This document shows positions 51,279 to 58,342 of a DNA stretch of 64,000 nt, piece after piece; within the stretch, counting starts at the first letter, position 1, and each line of letters opens with the position of its first letter. The notes below the pieces were generated by a model. It searched no databases. It was not told the DNA's origin and saw only the letters and a list, made by a program, of their open reading frames with translations. The translations under genes were made by a program, and so were the position numbers. This DNA is from an uncultured Candidatus Saccharibacteria bacterium (GTDB taxonomy: Bacteria > Patescibacteriota > Minisyncoccia > Phycocordibacterales > UBA9973): assembly GCA_964398205.1 (NCBI GenBank), contig CAYNLU010000003.1, positions 215 to 64,214 of the forward strand. Reading direction: 5' to 3'.

Positions 51279-51740
51279 ATGAGATCTATTTTTATTTGGC
51301 TTGTTTTTTTAGTGTTGATTGGATTTGGAGCTTTATTTGTTTTGTCTCGTGAAAATCCTAAAACTATAAAAGAAGAAAAAGCGTCTATCAATTATGTAAA
51401 GATAAACGATACTATTGTTGAAGTTGATATCGCATCGAATGATGTTGAGCGAGCGAAAGGACTTTCAGGTAGAGCAAACCTAAGAGAATACTCTGGTATG
51501 CTTTTTATATTTGATAAATTAAGTCGCAATATGTTTTGGATGAAAGATATGAATTTCCCGATAGATATAATTTGGCTAGATGAAAATAAAAAGATAGTTT
51601 ATATTAAAGAAAACTTAAGCCCGAAAACTTATCCTGAAGTTTTCGGGCCTGAAGCTTATACTATGTATGTGCTTGAAGTTAATAGTGGTTTTGCTAAAAA
51701 ACACAATATTAAATTAGGGGATCAAGCTTCTTTTTTCTAG
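51279..51740 (+). CDS. DUF192 (COG1430) family protein
   Basis: Signal/TM N-terminus; MFWMKDMNFPIDIIWLDEN is characteristic of DUF192. Confidence 0.55.
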   Translation: MRSIFIWLVFLVLIGFGALFVLSRENPKTIKEEKASINYVKINDTIVEVDIASNDVERAKGLSGRANLREYSGMLFIFDKLSRNMFWMKDMNFPIDIIWLDENKKIVYIKENLSPKTYPEVFGPEAYTMYVLEVNSGFAKKHNIKLGDQASFF

Positions 51741-52426
51741 TAGTAGAACAAGAGTCTGCGGAGTATACTTAAAACTGCTAAGAATACTAACAATAATATT
51801 AACCAACCAAAGAAAGTATTCGGTAGAAAATCTCCACTAAATAAAGCATTCGCACTTTGATTATAATTACTATTAGAATAATAGTCTTTGTTATAGTTTG
51901 AATTAATATTTTGATTTAGAGTCCCTGTATTTAAATTACTATTTGTATTTACGTAAACGATTTTAGTTTCTACTACTTTTTTAGTATTCACGCTCGCTAC
52001 TGTACCGGTAGTATTTGTGTTTACTATATTTACTACTTGATTATTAATAATCGGATTTGTTGTTATCATTATAGTATTTCCGCGAACAGTTCCCATAGTA
52101 TTATCAGCTACAATTCTCACATAATAAATACTATCTGGTTTTAGGTTTTTAATAGTTGCACGTACAGGGAATTCGTTACCTTGAGATCCGACAAAGATGT
52201 GATTAGTTTCAGAATAGTTCAAGAAATTCATATCCTCACTGTATTCGAACCACGCAGTAGTCATTACTCCGCCTGGGTTTACGCTACCGTAGACTGTTGC
52301 TTCTTTGGTGCCTGTTGTACTATAAACAGTATTCACGTTGATTACACCCGCAAAAGTAGCAAAAGGGGAAATAGCAAAGGCTATTGGCAGAGCTAAAACT
52401 ATTAATTTTTTCATTAAATTTTTCAT
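51737..52426 (-). CDS. secreted Fn3-like surface protein with C-terminal LPNTF + TM + RR sorting-signal-like tail
   Basis: Signal peptide; Fn3-like domain (TTAWFEY...IYYVRIVADN); N-rich linker; C-terminus FSGDFLPNTFFGWLILLLVFLAVLSILRRLLFYY. Confidence 0.6.
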   Translation of the reverse strand: MKNLMKKLIVLALPIAFAISPFATFAGVINVNTVYSTTGTKEATVYGSVNPGGVMTTAWFEYSEDMNFLNYSETNHIFVGSQGNEFPVRATIKNLKPDSIYYVRIVADNTMGTVRGNTIMITTNPIINNQVVNIVNTNTTGTVASVNTKKVVETKIVYVNTNSNLNTGTLNQNINSNYNKDYYSNSNYNQSANALFSGDFLPNTFFGWLILLLVFLAVLSILRRLLFYY

Positions 52427-52466
52427 ATTATTATACCGTATATTATAGCATTTTATTATAAAAAAG

Positions 52467-52500
52467 TCAAGCCCCGTCAGTCGCGACTGACGGGGCTTGA
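52467..52500 (-). terminator. perfect 34-bp palindrome; intrinsic terminator for the 966-aa gene (minus strand)
   Basis: tcaagccccgtcagtcgcgactgacggggcttga is exactly self-complementary. Followed on the minus strand by TTTTTT. Related to the elements at 29585 and 57605. Confidence 0.6.
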
Positions 52501-52519
52501 AGCTTATTATATTAATGAA

Positions 52520-55420
52520 TTAATGATGCATTGTGTGATCAGTATTTGCTGTATAGTTGTGATTTATTACTGTTTTATTTCTGTGATTATAATACGCCAT
52601 TCTGATAGCAAGGATTATAAGTAAAATAATTAAGATAAGTAATAACCAGCCAAGTAAAGTAGTAGGCAAGAAGCTTCCTCCGAAAATACTTGCTGCTCCT
52701 AATACGTTTCCATTATTTGTTAAGGTATTTTTTGAGTAAGCAAATACTTCTTCTTGAATATTACTACTTGCGATAGTATAAACCATATTTGCAGTAGTTA
52801 CGATAATTTTACCTACTTCTGCACCACGTTCTACTCTAACTTTTAAGAACACACTACCTTCTTCTTGTGGATACAAGTTTTCGATATTTACTACTAGAGT
52901 ATTGTTCTCTTCTGAGAAAACTCCACGACTAGAATCTAAGAAAGTTAATTCTTTTGGTAATACTACGCGTAATACTAGATCTCTTAATAATTCTCCAGAT
53001 ACGTTTTTGTAGTTTACTGTGTATTCGATTTCGTTTCCTAATCCGATAGTTTCGTTATCTCTGTTGATAGTTAAGAATACTAGTGAAGGTTTTGAAATTC
53101 CTACTTCGGTATTTGTAGTTACTACGTTAGTTACAGGTATAACTTCACGATAGATGATTCTTGTATTTGTAGTAGTTGTATTTACTGTACTTGTACCGTT
53201 TACTATTGTATTTCCTCTTGTTCTGAAGTTTTGAATATCTCCACGAGAAGTTCCATATTGATTAGTTACTACTGCACGGAAATAATAAGTTGTGTTTGGA
53301 GTTAAGCCAAATAGACTTGAGTAGAAAGGAGATGAAGCAGAATTTCCGATATATCCGTTATTTGTAGTTCTGTCTAAGTAGTTTGGATTTGTACCGTATT
53401 CAAAGTAACCGTTTGTATTAATATTTCCATTCACTAAACCTAAACCGTTTAGACGAGCCGAGTTATTATCAACGTTAGTTGCGAGAGTGGTTACTGCTGT
53501 TGGAGAACAATTTCCGAATACACAAGTATTGTTATTATTGTAGCCTGTTGTAGAGAAAGTAAGTACGTTACCGTAAACAGTTTGACCGTTACCTTGCGCT
53601 ACTGCACGATAGTAATAAGTTACGTTTTGTTGTAAACCTGTTACGATTTGGTTAAAGTTTCCGCTTGAAATTCCTTGATTTAACTTATTAGTTTGAGTTG
53701 CTAAGTAGTTAGTACTTGTACCGTATTCAAACCAACGAGTAGTATAATTACCATTTGTTTCTACGTAGCCGTTTAATACAGCTGAAGTTGCATAAACTTC
53801 TGTTGGATTATAAGTAGTTACACTCGGAGCATTGTTATTGTAACAATTATAAGTACAACCACCGTTTCCGCTTGTAGTAAAGCTCATTTGATTTCCGTAA
53901 ACAGTTTGACCGTTTTCGTTTTGAGCTACTGCACGATAGTAATAAGTTGTATTTGATTGTAAGCCTCCTAAGTTGTATGAATAATTTACGTTATTTGAAC
54001 TACCGTAATTTGATTGATTAGTTTGATTACCCATACTAGAATTAGTACCCCAATCAAACCAAGCTTTCACATTACTACCTCCGTTTGCAGATACAGTACC
54101 GTTTAGAGTTGCGTAGTTAGTACCTAATCCAGAAGGGGAATTAGTAGTTACACTAGGAGTAATATTTTGATTATTATCTTCTACTGCTACGTAAACAGAA
54201 TCAGAAGCACTTCCACCGTTTCCAGTACAAGTTAGAGTATAAGTTTTGGAGCTTGTTAAGTTGTATTTAGTTTCGTTACCACTTGTATTTTTAGTACCTG
54301 ACCAACCGTTTGAAGCAGTACAGTAATTCGCATTAGTAGAAGACCAAGACAAGGTTGCATTTCCGTTATAAGGAATAGAGTTATCGTTTACAGTTAAGTT
54401 AACAGTCGGAGTATAAACTGGATCTGGATCAGGCATAGAACTTACGTATACAGATACGCTGTCAGATGCAGTTCCACCGTTACCACTACAAGTAATAGTA
54501 TAAGTCTTTGTAGTTGTTAGGCCACCTAGAGAATAACTTCCGTTTGTAGTTTTTGTACCTGTCCATCCACCTGTAGCATAACAAGAGTTTGCATGAGTTG
54601 AAGTCCAAGTTAAAGTTGAATTTCCGTTGTATGCTACAGAAGTTGGATTTGCTACCAAGTTAACAGTCGGAGTATAAACTGGATCTGGATCAGGGATTGC
54701 GGTTACGTAAACCATCGCTGAATCAGAACCTGAACCTCCGTTACCAGTACAAGTTACAGTATAAGTAGTAGAATAGTTTGGATAAACTACTTTAGAACCA
54801 CTAGTACTTGTAGTACCACCGAAATTATTTGAACAGTAAGTTGCGTTTGTTGAAGTCCAAGAAATAACTGAAGAAGAGCCTACATTGATAGAAGTTGGAC
54901 TTGCTGTTACGTTTACTGCTGGAGCTGGGGTAGGGGTAGGGTTACAATTGTAATTACAAGGATTAGGATTACAGTTGTAAGTACAAGTGTTATTACAACC
55001 ACTAGTACAAGTTCCTCCTCCGTTATTATTACCTAAAGTTGTAAAACTTTGCCAAGAACCCCAAGTTGTACCTGAAGTTACTCCAGCTTCTGTAGTAGTA
55101 TTTTCTGCTACACCACGGTAATAATAAGTAGTACCCGGAGTTAAATTAGTAGCATAATAATAACTAGTAACGTTGCTGTTACCACTACCTAGATTTTGCT
55201 GACCAAGTTTTACTCCTTGATTATTTTGCATTTCAAACCAAGCGTTTGTATTCAAACCTTTTGGATTGAAAGTATTTGTTAATGTCGCAGTTGTAGAAGT
55301 TATATTTGTAGCTGTTACTCCTCCGTAGGCTGGTGTTGCAGCGAATGCATTCAGTCCTCCAGAAAGTAATAGTCCAAACACAAAAACCACTGACGCTAAT
55401 TTTTTGACTATATTTTTCAT
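52520..55420 (-). CDS. large secreted repeat-rich surface protein (Fn3-like and 90-aa tandem domains) with C-terminal LPTTL + TM + basic tail
   Basis: Signal peptide; Cys-rich linker (CTSGCNNTCTYNCNPNPCNYNC); three ~90-aa tandem repeats ending in PDPDPVY; four WFEYGT...YYYRAVAQN Fn3-like units; C-terminus FGGSFLPTTLLGWLLLILIILLIILAIRMAYYNHRNK. Confidence 0.65.
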   Translation of the reverse strand: MKNIVKKLASVVFVFGLLLSGGLNAFAATPAYGGVTATNITSTTATLTNTFNPKGLNTNAWFEMQNNQGVKLGQQNLGSGNSNVTSYYYATNLTPGTTYYYRGVAENTTTEAGVTSGTTWGSWQSFTTLGNNNGGGTCTSGCNNTCTYNCNPNPCNYNCNPTPTPAPAVNVTASPTSINVGSSSVISWTSTNATYCSNNFGGTTSTSGSKVVYPNYSTTYTVTCTGNGGSGSDSAMVYVTAIPDPDPVYTPTVNLVANPTSVAYNGNSTLTWTSTHANSCYATGGWTGTKTTNGSYSLGGLTTTKTYTITCSGNGGTASDSVSVYVSSMPDPDPVYTPTVNLTVNDNSIPYNGNATLSWSSTNANYCTASNGWSGTKNTSGNETKYNLTSSKTYTLTCTGNGGSASDSVYVAVEDNNQNITPSVTTNSPSGLGTNYATLNGTVSANGGSNVKAWFDWGTNSSMGNQTNQSNYGSSNNVNYSYNLGGLQSNTTYYYRAVAQNENGQTVYGNQMSFTTSGNGGCTYNCYNNNAPSVTTYNPTEVYATSAVLNGYVETNGNYTTRWFEYGTSTNYLATQTNKLNQGISSGNFNQIVTGLQQNVTYYYRAVAQGNGQTVYGNVLTFSTTGYNNNNTCVFGNCSPTAVTTLATNVDNNSARLNGLGLVNGNINTNGYFEYGTNPNYLDRTTNNGYIGNSASSPFYSSLFGLTPNTTYYFRAVVTNQYGTSRGDIQNFRTRGNTIVNGTSTVNTTTTNTRIIYREVIPVTNVVTTNTEVGISKPSLVFLTINRDNETIGLGNEIEYTVNYKNVSGELLRDLVLRVVLPKELTFLDSSRGVFSEENNTLVVNIENLYPQEEGSVFLKVRVERGAEVGKIIVTTANMVYTIASSNIQEEVFAYSKNTLTNNGNVLGAASIFGGSFLPTTLLGWLLLILIILLIILAIRMAYYNHRNKTVINHNYTANTDHTMHH
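54200..54920 (-). repeat. about 270-bp in-frame tandem repeats (3 copies) inside the large surface-protein gene
   Basis: ctggatctggatcagg recurs at 54421 and 54691 (270-nt period). Corresponds to repeated ...TYT(V/I)TC(T/S)GNGG(S/T)(G/A)SDS...PDPDPVY protein modules. Confidence 0.6.
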
Positions 55421-55527
55421 AATTTTTTCCGCTATGCGGTATTAATATTGATAATTAACTTAACTTATAAACTTATAATTGACTCCAATATCCTAGCATA
55501 TTTTAAAAAATAAGTCAAGTGCCTATA

Positions 55528-55556
55528 TTGACTTTTCTATTTTTATATGCTATCAT
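55528..55556 (+). promoter_or_regulatory. sigma70-like promoter (TTGACT-17-TGcTATCAT)
   Basis: -35 at 55528-55533, extended -10 at 55548-55556. Same architecture as the promoters at 26176 and 58071. Confidence 0.45.
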
Positions 55557-55677
55557 ATATTTAGTAAAATAGTTCATTGAAAAAGAAAATTTTTGAGACG
55601 AAATTGTCTTTTTGCGCATTAATTTTAAAATTTTAGTGCCTAAAAAGACAATGTCGTCAAAATTAAAATTTCTCATA

Positions 55678-57540
55678 ATGAAAAAAATATTTTTTCTTTT
55701 ATTGGTTCTCTTCGGATTGAGCCAAATTGTAAACGCCCAAAATTTTTTGAAGGGCTTTGATTACGAGACAACAGAGAAGTATCTGAACGCAATGGAAGTA
55801 GTGAAAACTACGCCACCTTTGTATTCGGTTACCGTGAAGTATGGGGAAAGAAACCCTTACTTCGAATGGGAAGATATTTCTCTGAACAGAGAAGGCTGTT
55901 CATTCAGCATTAAAGTTGATGTTTACTGTGATTTCAATGTTTTAACAATTGTTGATTGCAGTGATTGCCAGCAAACATGTTGGAACGGAACTTTGTATCA
56001 GAATGCAATTTTGGTATTAAATCCAGGACTTTACACAGCAACTGTGTTTGGGCCTAATTGCCAAAGTTCTTCAAGCATGAATATTGCAAAAGTGGGTAAC
56101 AAGCCTGAGTTTTCTGTTGAGAGCACAAAAGCTTGTTCCGGTGAAAAAGGAACATTGAGAGTGGCTTCGTTCTCAGAACCACTAGTCTCTTTTGCATGGA
56201 GCAACGGAGCTACGACAAGTAGTATTCAAGTTCCAAAAGGAATGTACTCCGTAACAGCTACCAATGCACAAGGATGTGCAAACGTAGCTCAGGGAGAAGT
56301 AAAAGAATTCTTACCTTCACCAGCACCTATGGTCACACCATCGATAAACGCTGATGGATCAGTAACCTTAACTTCATCTATGCCTTCGGGTAATATGTGG
56401 AGTAATGGAGCAACTTCTCAAAGTATCAAGCCTGAAGTTTCAGGGGTGTATACTTTAAAAGTGAAAGATAGTAATGGATGCTACTCAGCATCCAGTTGCC
56501 CTTCAGCAGTTTCTGTAATTAAAAAAACAGAGATTGTTGAAGTTCATGATACGGTGATAGTAAACTCACCACTTTCGTGTCCACTAACCGCATCTTTCAT
56601 GCATGAAGTAAATTTAAAGAAAGTAAATTTCAAAAATACTTCATCTGGAGAGCCTGTGGGCTACTTGTGGATGTTTGGCGACGGCACTACTTCTACAGAA
56701 GTAAATCCAATGCACGACTATGCACAGGACGGAACCTACGAAGTGAAACTCTTCACTTTCAAAGGTGTTGATCAAAGCATGATTATGGGAAAAGTTTTCA
56801 TTAATACTAAAACTGGAAACGGTGGAGGTGGAAATGCGACTTGTCCAGCTATGGCTTCATTTATGTATGAAGTTGATGGTATGGAAGTAGATTTTAGAAA
56901 TACTTCATCCGGAGATGGACTGCTAAGTTATCTTTGGGATTTTGGAGACGGAACCTCAAGTACTGAAAAAAATCCAGTCCATAAGTATTCACAATACAAA
57001 AGTTACAAAGTAACTCTGTATGTAAATACACCGAACGGATTAATTTCGGCATCACAAAATGTTTGGATTATTGATCAGAACGTTTTGAATGGGACCGTTT
57101 GTGATAGTTTACTGATCAAGGCTAGCAATGGCATGAAAAACGGTGAGGCAATCTTGCCTTATCAGATTACAAGCCAGACAAAACTGGTTTTAGAGCACCC
57201 AAATGCCAATAATTGGTCTTGGAGCCCAACTGGTCAAGCTACCGATTGGTCACTGGTGAAAACTGGTGTTGGAAGACATCATTTTTATGTGTCTTATTTC
57301 GTAAACAATAAGAAGCAATGCTCAGTATTTGATTACGAAATCTTAGGTGGCGGTATTACCGGTACTAACGAAGAAGCCGAGAACAGGTCCAGTAATAGTG
57401 ATAAGGATATTAATGTATATCCTAATCCGACTTCCGGACCCGTTGAATTAGATCTTTCAGGGTTACCTGGAGGCCAATACTTGATTAATGTAATTAGTCA
57501 ATCTGGCCAAACGGTGACCAAAAAAGTAATCAAGCAATAA
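55678..57540 (+). CDS. secreted SprB-repeat / PKD-domain protein with degenerate T9SS (Por) C-terminal sorting domain; Bacteroidetes-like
   Basis: Signal peptide MKKIFFLLLVLFGLSQIVNAQ. SprB-type repeats (FAWSNGATTSSIQVPKGMYSVTATNAQGC; MWSNGATSQSIKPEVSGVYTLKVKDSNGC). Two PKD signatures (WMFGDGTTSTEVNPMHDYAQDGTYEVKL; WDFGDGTSSTEKNPVHKYSQYKSYKVTL). C-terminus VYPNPTSGPVELDLSGLPGGQYLINVISQSGQTVTKKVIKQ. The track ORF start at 55612 (TTG) is less likely. Confidence 0.65.
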   Translation: MKKIFFLLLVLFGLSQIVNAQNFLKGFDYETTEKYLNAMEVVKTTPPLYSVTVKYGERNPYFEWEDISLNREGCSFSIKVDVYCDFNVLTIVDCSDCQQTCWNGTLYQNAILVLNPGLYTATVFGPNCQSSSSMNIAKVGNKPEFSVESTKACSGEKGTLRVASFSEPLVSFAWSNGATTSSIQVPKGMYSVTATNAQGCANVAQGEVKEFLPSPAPMVTPSINADGSVTLTSSMPSGNMWSNGATSQSIKPEVSGVYTLKVKDSNGCYSASSCPSAVSVIKKTEIVEVHDTVIVNSPLSCPLTASFMHEVNLKKVNFKNTSSGEPVGYLWMFGDGTTSTEVNPMHDYAQDGTYEVKLFTFKGVDQSMIMGKVFINTKTGNGGGGNATCPAMASFMYEVDGMEVDFRNTSSGDGLLSYLWDFGDGTSSTEKNPVHKYSQYKSYKVTLYVNTPNGLISASQNVWIIDQNVLNGTVCDSLLIKASNGMKNGEAILPYQITSQTKLVLEHPNANNWSWSPTGQATDWSLVKTGVGRHHFYVSYFVNNKKQCSVFDYEILGGGITGTNEEAENRSSNSDKDINVYPNPTSGPVELDLSGLPGGQYLINVISQSGQTVTKKVIKQ

Positions 57541-57561
57541 AAGTTTGCTTGGTATCGAAAT

Positions 57562-57600
57562 AAAGCCTTGAGCTACTTAAGTGTAGCCAAGGCTTTTTTA
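57562..57600 (+). terminator. intrinsic terminator (compound hairpin)
   Basis: aagccttgagctac-ttaagt-gtagccaaggctt followed by TTTTTT. Confidence 0.55.
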
Positions 57601-57604
57601 TTTT

Positions 57605-57630
57605 ACCCAGTCGGTCTAGACTGACTGGGT
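57605..57630 (+). repeat. palindromic element (third member of the GTCAGTC..GACTGAC family)
   Basis: acccagtcggtctagactgactgggt followed by ttgcaatttttt. Confidence 0.5.
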
Positions 57631-57675
57631 TTGCAATTTTTTGAGAGTATTGTATACTATAAAAGTTTTGTATTG

Positions 57676-57960
57676 TGATAACTACGCGAGTTTCGACTCG
57701 TGAGGAAAGTCCGAACATTCATTCATTAAATTGAAAAGTGTAGTGGGTAATACCCATCCACCGCAAGGTGCGAGGTGCGAGCAGAGACGCTGATGTTTAC
57801 CCGACGTAAGTTTGGTAGGCGGGCCGAAAGGCTAGGCTTCCTTATAGGAAGAGTTTCGTAGTAATACGAAAGTGAAACGGCTAAATCCTTACATGAATGC
57901 AAGATCGTGTCCCGAGCGCAAGTGAGGGAAGAATCGCTTGAGGTATTGAGTAATCAATAT
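57676..57960 (+). ncRNA. rnpB: candidate RNase P RNA (reduced form) or other structured ncRNA
   Basis: In a 680-bp ORF-free region. Contains the universal RNase P P4/J3-4 motif GAGGAAAGUCCG (cgtgaggaaagtccgaac) after a P3-like hairpin cgagtttcgactcg. Also GUGAAACGG and AUGAAUG..GAAGAAUCGCUUGA resembling the P4 3'-strand region. 5' tgataact and 3' agtaatca can pair as P1. Followed by the terminator at 58034. Boundaries and identity are not verified. Confidence 0.4.
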
Positions 57961-58033
57961 CCTAGATAAATTGTTATCTCTTTTATGAAAATAAAAGATA
58001 CAGAATTCGGCTTATAGGTACAAAATACAAATG

Positions 58034-58062
58034 AAAAATCCCTCGCAAGAGGGATTTTTCTA
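58034..58062 (+). terminator. intrinsic terminator
   Basis: aaaatccctc-gcaa-gagggatttt followed by a T-run. Confidence 0.55.
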
Positions 58063-58070
58063 TTTTGCTA

Positions 58071-58099
58071 TTGACTTATAACTTCTAGTATGCTATACT
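58071..58099 (+). promoter_or_regulatory. sigma70-like promoter (TTGACT-17-TGcTATACT)
   Basis: -35 ttgact at 58071-58076, 17-nt spacer, extended -10 tgc-tatact at 58091-58099. Confidence 0.5.
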
Positions 58100-58105
58100 C
58101 TATTT

Positions 58106-58192
58106 GTGAGTGTGAGGCCCGGAGCAATCCTTAGGACTTACATTATTCGAAACAATATATGTGCCGCAAAAAGCCCCGCAAGGGGCTTTTTG
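58106..58192 (+). ncRNA. candidate small RNA (~87 nt) bounded by a consensus promoter and an intrinsic terminator
   Basis: Predicted +1 about 7 nt after the -10 box at 58094-58099. Ends at hairpin aaagcccc-gcaa-ggggcttt plus T-run (58170-58192). No plausible ORF (the track ORF 58106-58303 spans two hairpins). Confidence 0.4.
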
Positions 58193-58233
58193 TTTTATAT
58201 AGTATACAAAAACATTATTTTAAATAGTACGGA

Positions 58234-58325
58234 AAAGCAAATCAATGAAATTTCTGAATCCTCGCCCTCGGAGTCAAAAGGACAGGGGACCCGCGATTCT
58301 TAAAATTTCATTGATTTGCTTTTTT
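58234..58325 (+). promoter_or_regulatory. long imperfect inverted repeat (20+5 bp stem) with a 34-nt GC-rich loop and 3' T-run
   Basis: Arm aaagcaaatcaatgaaatttctgaatc (58234-58260) pairs with gattcttaaaatttcattgatttgcttt (58295-58322). Loop ctcgccctcggagtcaaaaggacaggggacccgc is GC-rich, unlike the AT-rich genome. Followed by ttttt. Sits 20 nt upstream of the Clp-like gene. Confidence 0.5.
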
Positions 58326-58342
58326 CGTGCTAAAATATATCT

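Noticed and set aside
55612-55677. TTG-initiated N-terminal extension of the SprB/PKD gene proposed by the ORF track
   Set aside because: The extension (MRINFKILVPKKTMSSKLKFLI) would be translated from within the leader inverted repeat. The ATG at 55678 gives a canonical signal peptide (MKKIFFLLLVLFGLSQIVNAQ).
55678-57540. Base-composition argument for foreign origin of the SprB/PKD gene
   Set aside because: Hand counts give about 42% GC here, versus about 26-47% in various host genes, with conserved genes also in the mid-40s. Composition is therefore not diagnostic by eye. The HGT call rests on domain content and promoter type, and needs a computed codon and tetranucleotide comparison.
58106-58303. 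65-aa ORF in the non-coding block
   Set aside because: It spans the sRNA terminator hairpin and the first arm of the long inverted repeat. It lies directly downstream of a promoter with no RBS and has no protein-like composition. Treated as non-coding RNA region.
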